The position numbers and the translations under genes were made by a program. 64,000 bases of DNA from Lingula anatina (Eukaryota; Animalia; Brachiopoda). Below, piece after piece: positions 41,101 to 54,986 of this stretch (its first letter is position 1; every line of letters begins with the position of its first letter). The notes under the pieces were generated by a model. The model made no database searches. It worked only from the letters and a program-made list of their open reading frames with translations, and was not told where the DNA came from. Where the stretch lies: positions 22,138,848 through 22,202,847 of the forward strand of contig CM120643.1 in NCBI GenBank assembly GCA_051362555.1. Direction: 5' to 3'.

Positions 41101-43326
41101 AGCAATATGCAACGTCAACAGTTATTAGTACAATTGAAACCTTCCTTGATAATATTAGTTGCTTCCATATGGTTCTCTTTTCAAAGAGATGTGAATATTA
41201 TGCTCATCCAGGTAAGCAAATGAGTCTTTGCAATCTACCACTGTAAGATTCCCGATCACAGATAACGATCGGCAGTTAAGGCCGATTTTATCTCTTAACC
41301 AGGTGTGCAGCGGCTATTTACAAAAGCCTGTAAAGGAAATCGACCAGGTAAATAACTCATCCTCACTGACACAAGTGGTCAGGAACTGTGAAGTATGACA
41401 TCTTCGGACAAAGTCTGCCAACTTTTACATAGTAGTCAATGCGATCCGCCATGTTGCCCGATTTGTTTTACCCCAGATGCCGGTTGCTAAGGTAAAGTGC
41501 CCGGATGACCGACTGTCCCTATTGTTTTTATCGCGTATATACGAAATACCCCGATGACTCCCGAAAGTAATTCTGTGTATTATAAAGTCGGTTATATCTT
41601 TGCGATAACCTTGTATAAATCATCAGTTAAAGAGGAGGGGGTCTTACTATAGCTCGCTATCTATTGTTAAACGCGACTGTTATTATCTCTCGAACAAGCT
41701 TAAATCATGCCTATACAATTACTGTCTCCGGCTGCCGTTCAGAAACGCCATGTCGAACATATTTTGCTACAGTTACAAACATGATACGCTAGCGACTTGT
41801 TTAAGATCACTCAAGGAAAAACAATCAAGTATGCAACTGATCTATTAATTGTAATTGCACAGTGCATGTAACTTGACCTTTGTCCTAACGCAGTAGTTAG
41901 GAATAGGATGCTTGGATAAAAAGCTTCTATTCTACTCACTTAGACCTAGGGCGTGATGCTTCTATCATCCGATGAAACACCTACACTGAACCCTCTACCT
42001 GAACCTGAAGTCCCCCTAGCTGAAACAAATACTGTCCCTTGAACCTGTCCATTTTTTAATCGTCAAATGATTTGTGATTTCATTGAATGTCTTTGATCGA
42101 AAGCTTTTAAGTGACAATAACCGAACTGTGTGTTGATTATTTATCAAAGCGTAATTAAGTTTATTCATCATTATCTATTTTGTAAACAAAATTTGCCTAG
42201 ACTGTGCTTGTATTGATCATTGTCACTGTTTAGCTACTCGCCTATAATGTGTGCTGAACGACAGACAACTTATAAATATTATCTGTGTTACTGTGTAAAT
42301 GAACACATTTAGTTAAAATATAACGATGTGGGTGATTTAATCCATCCAACATATTTTTCTTTTTCTTTTAAAACCAATGTCAGGTGAACGCACGCCAAAT
42401 CAAAGCAAGCCTTGCAGACTGGTTTTGTTTAAACTGTCGTAAATTGAGTAAAGCTAAGTAAAGCCTGTTTCTACTTCGCAGTGTCCATCCCAGCTATAAA
42501 ACAAGACTCCGTATAGCGAATTAACTTTCACAGTGCCCTGTGCTTCAGGTTTCCAGGAGTCCCATGTAACACATTAATATCGAAGAGTATGGCCTGAGAG
42601 TAATACAAATATGAGCCCGTCTATGAAAGGATTTTACAAATTAGAAATTCAGGAATTTAAACATGCTAGGTACATGCACATCACTGAATAAGGCATTTCA
42701 CAAAAATCGCATGTAATTGTTTAGATTAACCTTTACCTCAGACATAATGAGAGAAGGACATGAAACGCGGGGCAAGATCAAAGGATAATCGGCTTAGCGC
42801 GAGCTCTTCGCGAAACCATGTGCGTTCGGATCACGTGACCTCCCGTACAGGTAGCGAGCATATCGCGGTTGTTGATGACTTTTGTGTCATCTGGGCAGGT
42901 AATTAGCGATAACGTGAGGCAAACCTTCGGGGGGATGAGACAATAAACTTAAGGACTTAAAGTATAAGTACAATTTGTTCTATCAATTTGGAAGATATAT
43001 GAGAATTTGATATTTTTGTTCATGGAGGAATTCAAAGTGCCCTATGTGGTAAAGGCCATCTTGTTTGTTGCCGTAAAATGAGCATTCAAAATTGTATAAT
43101 TGCATTGTAAAATACTTGTTTTTAGCTATGATCCGATAGGAAAATATTTCTAGTGTCGAAATTTGCTAAAATATGCGCGATTTTAGGGATGATAATTATT
43201 TTTTTTACTCTCAATATCAGCTCTCGTTGCAATATGGCACCACACACGCATTTGTGACATACAAAAACGCACCCGTAATGCCTTTTAATATCCCTTTATC
43301 AAAGCTGACATCAACACCTTTGTGAA

Positions 43327-43382
<56 letters not shown>

Positions 43383-46300
43383 CCGGCTAACGTCTTCTCG
43401 AATTTGGGGATGTTAATTAGTATTTTTTTTTTACCCTCAATATCGGTTCTCGTTGCAATATGGCAAAGCAAATGCATTCGTGACACACAAAAACGCGCCC
43501 GGGGTGCTTTCAAAATCCTTTATTGGCACCAACAACATTACTGTGAACTGTATATATATGTTCACTTTACCGGCTATTTTCTGCTCGAATTTGTGGATGC
43601 TAACTGATAATTTCTTTACTCTCGATATCGGCTCTCGTTGGAAAATGACACAACACATGAATCGGCCGATATATTGCTTTAAAACCAGTTATATATCAGC
43701 TCAACATAGATCAATACAATCTTGGAAACGATAACAAGTAAAGACAAACGCCAGAACCCGTTTTAATGAGGTAACAGGAAAAGGGTCATGAAAATCCGAA
43801 ACAAATTTCCACGTGTTGACGCAAGCCTATGTGCTCGAAACAGCAAGATGGCGGCAATGCTGTATCATAGCAACCACGAGGGACCGCGAGAAATTGCGTT
43901 ATCCATGCAATAGTACAAAAGGAATTCACTGGGGCATGGCGCGCCATACCTTGATAATAAGCTGTTCAAAACAGCTTATCTGAGACAATGGCCGAATGTT
44001 TACCCGAACGCACATAGCTTCAAAGGAAGACGCCGCGTTTCACGTCCTTTCGTCATTATGTCCAAGCCTCTACTTTTATCTATCTCATCGCCTTGTCTCA
44101 ACCACCTAAAAGAAATATAGTGAACATGAGGAAAAGTAACACGTTTACATGCAGGCGAAGGAGGTATACTTCAATATTAATTGCGAACAATATCAACAGC
44201 GACTCAAGACAGTTGCCTGCCTTTCACAATTTTACTAAAAAACACGAAGGTTTAATAAAGGGAGTCGCGTCGCGATATCTATCTCTTTCCTTCGAACAAG
44301 CAAAGGACTGACCCGAAGTAAGCTTTCTAAACTTATTTCCTTTTTATTGTATATTGTAATTACTCCACTTGCTCGCCTCCATTGTCTTGTAAAAGTGACA
44401 GAGAATGTGTTGTATTCACACACGAGTTGAAAGAACTTTGCATAACTCCTTTGCCTTGTTGCATAATGTCTTTTTCAAGGTTATAATCAGTGTAAAGAGG
44501 GTGTCTTGCCTCATTTAAAAAGGGATTTGTTCTTCATACTGGTTGTTGCATAACTTATGCGAACCTAATCTGTACAAATATGGTTTCAATAAATCGCCAA
44601 AATTATGACATTAATGAACATTGTGTTTCAAACGTTTTGATACGATTTAAATAAATGGACGAGAAGGATTACGATATTAGTTACTATTTACCTCTGGCGA
44701 TAACTTATAAGTGAACAAATGTTGCAGATCGTAACATAAAAAACACTGTCTTATAGTGTTTTTATGACATATGATATACACATTTGATAGTGAAACACTC
44801 CTCGCCTTTAACTAATTACCTGACGTAAACTATGTCTACCCCCGCCCCCCGAAAAAACTGCTTCTTTTAATTTCGAAATGAATTGCTTTTAAGACGAAGA
44901 AGTCCATTAACCCTTTTAGGACTCATTGTCATTGTACAGCATGTTTTCAGTGTTCATCCTGGTGCTTTCATCGGGGATACCTCAGGTTGAGGTTACAATT
45001 ACGTCGCTTGCTTAAATCTATATGCTACTGGAATATAATTAAGGACACTTAAAGCTTTGTGAAGTCCCTATTGTCACACACCGTAGATACCTAATTTTGT
45101 CTTGAATGAAAAAATACCCTCAAATTATCGTTTTGTGCTTAAACCTTTCATAACTTGAACCAAGATCTGATATACAGTGTACTGTAGCTATTATGACATT
45201 CCTCAAGTTGGGTCTGCTGGGGGGAGGGGAGCATTTAAATGATAAACGAGGAAGTCTACCTGCAGTGGTTTAAATGATCGCTATCTTGGCTCCTTTTTCT
45301 TTGACAGCAACATAAAAAGTGTTTAGGGAGAAAGTGACACAGAGACCCGACGTTGTTTTGTCTTCACCATTTCCTCTTCCTTGTTTACTGCAATTACTTT
45401 CGTCAATTAATTAATTCGTCCATTAATTAATTTCGTCAAGAAATCGAGAAAGTGATTAAGTGACCACACGTTGAATATAGTCACTAGGTGCATTTCGCTG
45501 AGTGTTTACAAGATCTAGCGACACATTTTATCGCCACGCGTTCTAGTCTGATAAATCAGTGGGTGTTTATTCTGAATCGGGGAATCAGGAGATATGTCCC
45601 TAAATGGGGAGATTCTCGAGGAGACCGGTAGTTTTGAAAGGTCTGAATAGTTTTGTCTGAAAAATGTGGAAACTAGCTTAGATTATCATACAATGAATGG
45701 TATCATACGTGCCTTAGATCTTCAGTGTTTGCAACAACAAGTGATGCAAAAACGGCAAAATGTAAGCAAGGAGGCGTGTGTTTGTTTATGGGGGGGGGGG
45801 CAGTTAGTGGTATTTGTATGCGTGGTTAGATAAAATTAAATAGTCCAGAATAGTGTACGTACAGGTTTGAGAAGTTGAACATGAAAACGTTTTCGACTGA
45901 TAATAAAAAAAATCAGGAGAAAAACGAAATTGAATGTTTAGAAATTTAAACAGTTACTCTGGCGGCTTTGTGCCATGGCTTTGAATCTGACATCAAATTT
46001 AGTCCATAATATTAGTAAATCAGAATTATTAGCTGAAACGTAAATTGACATCTGCCCTAATTTGTCAGATAACCAAAAATGCCGGTGATCCAAGCGGAGG
46101 GTACGCTTTCCTGAAGGTAGCGGCGACGAACGGCGACGATATTTTTCTGAACAGTGGACCTGTATTAGATACCAAAAGCCCCCTTTTCAACAGGCGTGTT
46201 TTATTAATCACTTCATGTCACAAAGTAAATTTATACAGGCAAAACTTTATTCACGAAATGAACGAGAGTAAAATAGAAGTCGGCACAAATATAAGTCATA

Positions 46301-49231
46301 CAACAATGAGTCTGTATTTAAAGTACATGTATAATCCCTCCTGTTATGGGCCATGTCGGATTATAATGGCATACCGTCAGTCGTTTCTTCCACCGCGAGT
46401 GCCTTTATTTAATGTATTGCATTACTCATATTACCCATTTCATTTGACACTCTCTCTTTTTCTCACCCTTCCCCTTTCTCTTGTTAGAAGGAGGGTAAAT
46501 AATTAAGCACTCAAAATCTGCATCACCAATCTTCAGAAAAGAATAAGTCAACGAACCAGTGGACTGATCCACAACATCCGACACAGCAGTATGAATCAAA
46601 TAACAGCTAGCACAGATTTATATGCAGATAGCTATAGTGTCACTACATACATAATCAGCTGCACGCGCGAAACTGTTGAACAAAAGGATAGTTCGCCACG
46701 GGAGACCGTTTGTTTACATAAGGACTCTAAGGGGGCGTGGCTACCCAGGCGACCAGGGGATTAGGCTAGTTACCATATGCCGTCAACAATCGTTTAGCGA
46801 CCCTATCATTATCATACTCCCTCTATTGTATTTTCCACCGCATTAATCGCAGTGTAATCTTCAAATGGTACACGGGGTAAATATACACATTCTTAATATT
46901 AGAGAGGTATGTATTCTTAACAAGTCTCTAGTGTACACTGTTTGTAAATATAGCAAAATATGTTCGACATGGCGTTTGTGCACGGCAGCCAGAGACTCAA
47001 TAGGCTTTATTATATGGGCATGGTTCAAGCTTGTTCGAGAGATAATAGCAGTCGCATTTAACAACAGATAGCGAGCTATAGTAAGACCCCCCCTCCTTTC
47101 TTTTACCTGATGATTTACATTGTAAATTGACCGTACTCTCATGTATTGTGTGATCACAATGTCATAAGTGCCCCTGTTGCACGTTGCAGTTGGATTGTCC
47201 TTGCGCCTCTGTCAATGCACTTCATTTAATTTAAATATTATAATAGAGGAATAGTATAAGGCTTCGTTCACATGGAAAGTCTATTTTCTAAATTCTATTT
47301 TCTATTCGCGGTATGTTTTTTGATCACGATCTGTGCCCTGAATATCCTGCGGCGTGATTACTGGCAGTGCGAGCCAGTTACTTATACAAAGCTGTAATTA
47401 ATTCTCGGCTGTGCTCGGAGGAGATTCTGATACCTTGACGCATGCGCAGTAGTATCTCTAAGCTGTGGAGTTCATCGGTTTAGGTGTGACGACTCAAACA
47501 TACAGACGCGAAATATGCACAACATCGACAAACACATTTTTCAAAGCAATCGCGGTCGCCATTAACTTGCTAAAATCCTAATGCGCATGCGTAAAGGTAT
47601 CAGAATCTCCTCCGAGCACAGCCGAGAGTTAATTACAGCTTTGTATAAGTACCTGGCTCGCGCTGCCAGTAATTACGCCTTGGGATATTCAGGGCACAGA
47701 CCGTGATCACTAAACATACCGCGAATAGAAAATAGAATTTAGAAAATAGACTTTCCATGTGAATGAAGCCTAAGTAATATATCTGCCATTTATTGTTCCT
47801 TTTTGAAAATGCTATTCGCTGTTTCTTTCCTTATTCCACATTCATTATCATTCATGATTTATAAATACTTGAATCAGTAAGTTTATAAATAAATTATACA
47901 TTTATAAAGTAATCCAATAATAATTTTTTGAGGTTGATGCTCATGCATGTTAATCAAACAAACAATACTTAGTTCAATTTTTGACTACGGAAAATTCATA
48001 TTGAATGAAATAACTGTTAACATACTAGCAGTTTCTTAGCAACACTAAAAAGATAACCAGCGGCGCGTGTCAAACTAGTGAACAAAAGTACAGTTCGCTA
48101 CGGGAGACGGTTTAGTGGCATCTATAATACTATTGCCACAACAAACAATGGGGACCTTCTGGCTGATGTATCCTGCTGTTAATTACACTTAGTTACGGGG
48201 GATTGTCGCGCTCGCGCTCGATCACAGATATCGGCGTCATGGGGTTCACTCGCCTAAGGTTTTGTGTTATTACACCTAAACTATTGTGTTTTTGCGTTCG
48301 AATTTTGAAGGCATTTAGACGGCTCTCCATTGTTTATCCGCCCCTTCTATTCACAGGATAGGGATTAAAACATTTCAAACGTTTTTTAAACGTTATACAA
48401 CGGAAACATTATTATTATTACTACTGTACATGTCTATAACTACGGCGCATCTACATCCTTAGGCCTCTTTCTTTTCAAAAACTGCGATAGACACTATATC
48501 AAACAATCTGACCCGCTATAAACTTCCATTATGGTGTATTATTTACAATTCAATTTGACGTTAAAAACACGCCGCAATTTTTCTTGCCCGACTTCCAGTT
48601 TGAGAGAGGTTGAGTACCTCTTTTATTTCCTGACCTCCAGTACAGGCGGCCTCACAGCAGCGCCGAGTCTGGCTTGTGAAGATATTTTGTCACTGCGCAT
48701 TGCATTGTGGAATACTTCAATCCTCAAAGAGACAGGCCCCATGGGCCGTTCTTGGCCCTCTTTAAAATGCATTTATCTACTTGAAACGTTATCAAATATT
48801 TTAATAACAAAGGGTTGACTAAATAGAGTGTTAACCATCATATGTGCACAGGTCTTTGTTTAACAAAACTTACTCTTTAAGTAATGCGTTTTAATGTTCA
48901 AAATATGTTAGTTTTTTTCACCAGTTTTTCAAAATGAACACACAGTGGGCTAATAATAAGACCATTAATTTTGTCAGGATCAACAGAAATAAAAATGTTC
49001 TATAATTGAAGTAATCTTCATATAGGGTATCAATGAAGTGATTGAGATAAAATACCAGTGACACAAATTCACAATCTAACGCTATTTCTGCTCAGATTTG
49101 TCGCGCATGATATATAATTCGTACATGTACATGTACTACATGCACATTTATTAAATGTATTGAGTAAAACGGAAGGATTTGCTACAACATGGAGATTATT
49201 TGATAGCAGTTGCCAAATACAGATACATTTA

Positions 49232-49270
<39 letters not shown>

Positions 49271-49918
49271 AACACATTTTTTTTATTTTTGAGAATTTTA
49301 GATAGTATACACAGATGGAGATGGCAAATGGCTTTAAGCAGTATGTGCTCATCTTAAGATAACTGAAAAATTAACTAATAAATATCTATTCATTATGGAG
49401 AAAAGAGAGGAAGGAAATGATTATGCGAGAGGAAAGGAGGAAGGAAAAGAAAGGAAATGATTATGAAAAATACTGAAATAATAGTTCCAAAAGTTAGTTA
49501 ATTACATTGGAGGTTGGGATATCATAGTTCAGCTGTGGGAAGGAGTAGGCAGGGATCAACCCGATTGCGGTCGAGTGGCTAGTTCAGAGTATGAAATCAC
49601 ACATTATCTATTAACAAATTTGCGACAGTCTCAAAAGTCCTGTCATTTTGACAAGAAGTTAGCGATTTGTGCCCATGTAGAAAGTTAATGTAGTCATCTC
49701 CGAGTATATTTTCGTTTGATTTATAGAAATCATGGTATTTCGACTGTTTAAGCATGGTATTTCAACTGTTTAAGAAATAAAAAAATATTGTGGGGTTATA
49801 GCCTTTCTACGCAGACAATTTGGATGTATAATGATAGCTAATTGTGCTTATAAAGTTGAGATCTGAATGATAATTCTACGCGAGTCCCATTAAGATGTAT
49901 TTCTTGTATCATAGTAAG

Positions 49919-49952
<34 letters not shown>

Positions 49953-52900
49953 ACTCTGATAGTTATAATAAAATAAATTGACAATTTTACCAAAAAACTC
50001 AAGCTATGTAAGTCATACACCCTTCCTTTGCGTTACAGATTTCATTCGAGGTCGCACAAAAAACTGCAAAACATCAACGGTCTTCAATAGAAAATATGCT
50101 CATGACCCTGATCAATTTATCCTTTGCACCGTGTCAAGAAAACACTTTTCAAAAGGTTGGTTTTATTTTTACATTCCGGACAAAGCTGACATTTGTTGCA
50201 TTACATTTGTTTGCATTGACATGTCCATCAATTAGAGCAAGAATGTCCACTTCGTAGTTTGTATTTTGTAGTTTATAACCATAAAACAAACACATATAGA
50301 CCTTCAGCCTATATCAGTCTAGTACAAAAAATGAAAAGTGTGTGAATCACAAAATATCATTTCAGAACTTGCAAAATAATGCTGCTGCTGGTGAAATAAC
50401 GAAGAGAAAAACCAACCATCCAATGATAGATACAGTACTTGATTATGTAAAGTTCAAGCAATGCAGTCTGGATGAAAAAGATCTTGGAGACCTGCGTAAG
50501 GTACTACCGCAAAAAGTTCGGTGTTTTTCATGGTTATATCAAGACACAACGACATACAAGAGCAATATTATAGGCTACAAGCATAACTTTTTTTCTATTT
50601 TTCTCAGCAATCTGTATTGGGGTTGACACTGTCATATTGTAGACCAATGTATATGGCGATTTATTACAAGCGGTTGTCCTATAAAACCGTGGGGCGTGAT
50701 ATTGATGGCGCATAATTCAGCGAAATATGCCAAAAATAAATGGACATTTTAGCCTTGTTGATAAATTTCGATCCGTAATTACTGAATTTTAATTCCGAAC
50801 ATCTGTGAATCAACCAAATTTTTTTAAATAAGATAATTGATTTGCAAGGTTAAGACACAAATAGTTTATTCATAAGCATAAGCTACTTTTTACCATTGCT
50901 CCAGTGCTGCGAAATTGGCTACTTTGGTATCTTTCTTATTGTACTTTGAATACAGAAATCCTCTATGTCTACTTAGAGATAAATTCTTGTATTTTGTTTG
51001 AAGCCACACTAGTGCAAATTAGATAATCGCCGTAATGCTACTTTTCAAACTTCTGCAAATAACAAATATGCACCATCTGGCTACACTTTTTTCCTTTGAA
51101 TTAAAGCAAGTTTAAAACATATTTGCTTTACATGTAAAGCCGTCTATTGAAAAATGTTAAATCGACTATTTAGAAAAAAGAAATTTGGCATGTCTGTTTA
51201 AAGGCGTACATTTATATTTCACATATAAAATCACGCTATTGAAACGAATAATTGTCGTTATGCTGCATTTCAAAATTCTAACATATTGGTTAAAAGATGA
51301 ATTTCAGTTTTTCAACACACTTCCTTGACTTATACAGTGGATACCTATTCAATAAAATCATAAACAGCGCGTATTCATACATTATTTTTAAGTAATAACA
51401 ATATTTGCCCAGTATTTTGTTAATCTTGACATTATTGCTATCTATACTCCCCTAACAAAAATTTTACCCCTAAGTAGTTTTAATATTTATACTGCGTAAC
51501 AAATGGACAATTGTATACAAATCTGTAATTTCTAAGAGAGTGGTGTGTGTGAGTGTGTGTGTGTGTTCCATTTATCATTTCGCCTGCACCTCAGCGACTT
51601 TGTGTGTGAAAAAAAACATAATTTGACGGTGAAAAAATGTTATTTGAAGAAATATGAAGTGCAGCACCATGCCATTTATTTAAATGATATTAATAGACAT
51701 GGTCATTTATTTTATTCCAAATACACTATTAAGAAAGACGTGATCGCTTAAAGACTTTCAATATAACACATTTGGCGCGATAGAAATCAAAAGGACTGAC
51801 GTGATTCACTTATGATTTTCATATAATTAACTGTGCCTTAACCAGCAGAATCAATTATCTTATTGAATGTAATATGTTGGTTGAATCATAGATTTTTTCA
51901 GAATAAATCAGCTTTAAGCAATTTGTAAAAAATCTATTAGCAACAAGGCTGAAATATCCATTTTCCTCACCTGTCGCCGACATTAGCGCCCTCTCTCATT
52001 GTCACATACGCCCCAATAGTTTGATTGGACGACCGCCCTATAATAAACAGTCTTAAGCCTCGGTCACAACCGGACGCACGAATTTCAGGATCGTACGTCT
52101 CCTGCGATTTTTGGGTGTTGCGGAGGCCGTGGAGGTCGTGGAGGTAGGGGAAAGTCTGCGAGTCGCAAGGGCCACATGGGACGCCAATTGCAAGGAGCGA
52201 TGGCCGTAGAAATTGTACTTATTTCTTGAGTTTGTCTTGCTTCCTGTGTACGTGGCACACACTCAACACTTACGAAGGGGAAAGTAGTGCCCTTTTGCGT
52301 CAGTTTTGATTCACACTTGCCTCACACGTTTGTGGTGCCGTACTGACGGCGTACGTCAGTTTTGCTTCCTGTTCTTCTCTTTTCTTTTTTCTTTCTCCTC
52401 CCTTTTTTCTACTATGTAAGCTTCTTTCTCTTGCCTTTTGGAGGCATATTATAAACTAAATTGAGCAAAAAATTGAAAATTTGAAAAATTGTTGTACACG
52501 TTACACAGCCGACGTTCATTGTAAAGACACGAGCGTGCGTCGTGAGCACGCCTTTTATACACCGGGCGTGGAGGTGACGCACGTGCGACACATTTCCGGT
52601 GTTCTATCTACTTTGTTCGTTAGTTGTGAGGGCATGCGCCTTACTCAACACGCAAAGGGCACTTGCAATCGTTACCTTTATTGCTTGCGACGTGCTCTTG
52701 CAAAACGCGCATCTTTCTTGCTAACTCCGTGCATTCTCTACTTATGGGATCCCAGAGGAATTGGCTTCCGATGGAGGCCCTGAATTCATTTCGTCTGAAA
52801 CACGCAAATTCCTTGAAGATTGGGGTGTACATCACCGTTTATCATCTGTAGCATTTCCCCACTGCAATTGTCGCGCTGGTGTCAAAACAGTCAAACGGTT

Positions 52901-54845
52901 GCTTATGAACAATACAGGACCAAATGGTGAGTTGGACACCAATTCAGTACAGCGTGCGATATTACAGTACCGTAATACACCTGATCCAGATACAAAACTG
53001 TCCCCTGCAATGTGTATATTTGGAAGGCCAATAACGGATTTTATTCCAATACTACCAGGTCGATACGAACCACATCCTACATGGAAGACAACATTAGCAG
53101 CACGTGAGGAAGCACTCCGTAACAGACATATGAGAACTGCAGAACACTGGAGTGAACACACTAGACGCCTACCACCACTTGCTATTGGAGATCACGTTCG
53201 TATTCAGTATCAGACTGGTCCGCATCCAAATAAATGGGAAAATGGGTTGGAAAAACTGTCACCACAACTCTACCCATAGGTCCCAATGAAACTGATGGAA
53301 AGTGTAAAAAAACACGAAGCCTACCTTTAACACAACCACCTCATGAAACTCCTAAAGCACTTCCAAACCCCCCTCGGATGTTAACAAGACTTTTACCACA
53401 CAACAAACCCGGACTAAAGGAATCAAATGAAGGACTATGCAGATCTGTAAGACTAACTTAAACCGTCTTTAATGTTTAAAAGACTGGGGGGGGGGCATAG
53501 AGGATAATGAGCATACTGTAGTTGTCATTCAAAGGTAATTGCTTACCAAGAGTACTTAGTCAGATATTAGATGTAGCCAAAGGCTATGTTACATCAGTAC
53601 TTACATGGAGAACATGTCATTCTCTATATATATATACACTGTGCATATAGTGAATCACTCAGACACTGGACTTCACCCTGATATGAGGTGTGCAGGACTT
53701 TTTATACCTGAGGTGACCTTCATTTATTTACATATATCAGTATTTCATAATCTAATTCTTTGTTGTGTATTACATATTTTTCCATTTATTATATTATTGA
53801 GTTTACTAAAATTTTGTTTGTGTGCATTTCAGCCTTCATTGTTTCCGTTTAGATTGGAAATCAAATATGGCCATCTTATCTAGAGGGGAGCGAGTTACGC
53901 TTGCGGCCTCGCTGTCAGCAGGCTATTCGTAGAATCTTTTGGACATGTCCAACATCTTCTGTACGCGCTGGCGGGCTGTCTGCGAACTCGAAATTTCGTA
54001 AGAATGACTTGAGTGGGACGTGAAATTCTGCGCAAATTTTGGACGCAAACAGCCCGTAAGAGCCCGTACGGCCGGTTGTGACCAAGGCTTTACATTTGTC
54101 TATCATAATACAATATCAAACCGAGTAGATATTGTCACGGAAAGAAGGTTACTTTATAAACTTCTATTTAGGATCAACGTGTTGTCTATTAAGCGAGGTG
54201 CAGCCGATATAAAGTTAGTTCTTATCCCACAGCTACTCTTGACATCGAACAATAGGATAACTGCACTTGCTTTTGATTTACACGCTCACTTGTACTTTGT
54301 ACGTTTCGGCGCGTCCATTTCACTGTTCGATGCTTCAGCTGTGGGATAAGTCGGTCACAAACACCACCCTGTACAGAGGTAGGCTACATGTCATCCACAG
54401 TATGCAAGAGCAAATTATGTCTCGGCCGCGCCTCGATAGAACTACTTATATATCGCATACAGTTGACAACTAATAGTTGTAACTGACTTATCCCAAGGCC
54501 AGCGCTTAGAACAATCGGATATGATTACACTTGAACCAGTATTTCGCTTCGGTGTGCAGAACGCACTGAGGTGTATTAACCTATTGTTCGAAGTGCTGAC
54601 CGTGGGATAAAATACACTTACATGTACGTGCTTTTAATGCATCATAGTACTGCATGGTATTTTGTTGAATCATATTTCTCAAACAGCATGCGAAAGCGAT
54701 GACGTAGTAATACATGTATGTCTTTCAGAATATGTATATTTGCAAAAGGAATGATTTCATTTCAGACATTTGCCAAAACGTTTCCAAAAAAGTTTGTTAA
54801 CAAAAAGGTAATCTCTCTCTTGTTCTTCTTCCTCCTTCTCCTCTC

Positions 54846-54885
<40 letters not shown>

Positions 54886-54942
54886 TCTCTCCTTTTACAC
54901 ACACGCACATACACAAACACATACACAGACAAGTGTGCACAA

Positions 54943-54986
<44 letters not shown>

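Larger units (their letters stand above)
30474..42450. repeat. Pair of ~450-bp diverged inverted repeats (30474-30925 and 41960-42450) bracketing the SGNH locus
   Basis: For example GTCTGCAAGGCTTGCTTTGA...ATTTATAAGTTGTCTGTCGTTCAGCAC...GGACAGGTCCAAGGGACA is found reverse-complemented at 42030-42420; no TSD identified. Confidence 0.8.

Noticed and set aside
46045-46506. 153-aa ORF (also the 132-aa ORF at 23806-24204)
   Set aside because: No recognisable motif and non-ATG starts; the 153-aa ORF runs into dispersed repeat B.
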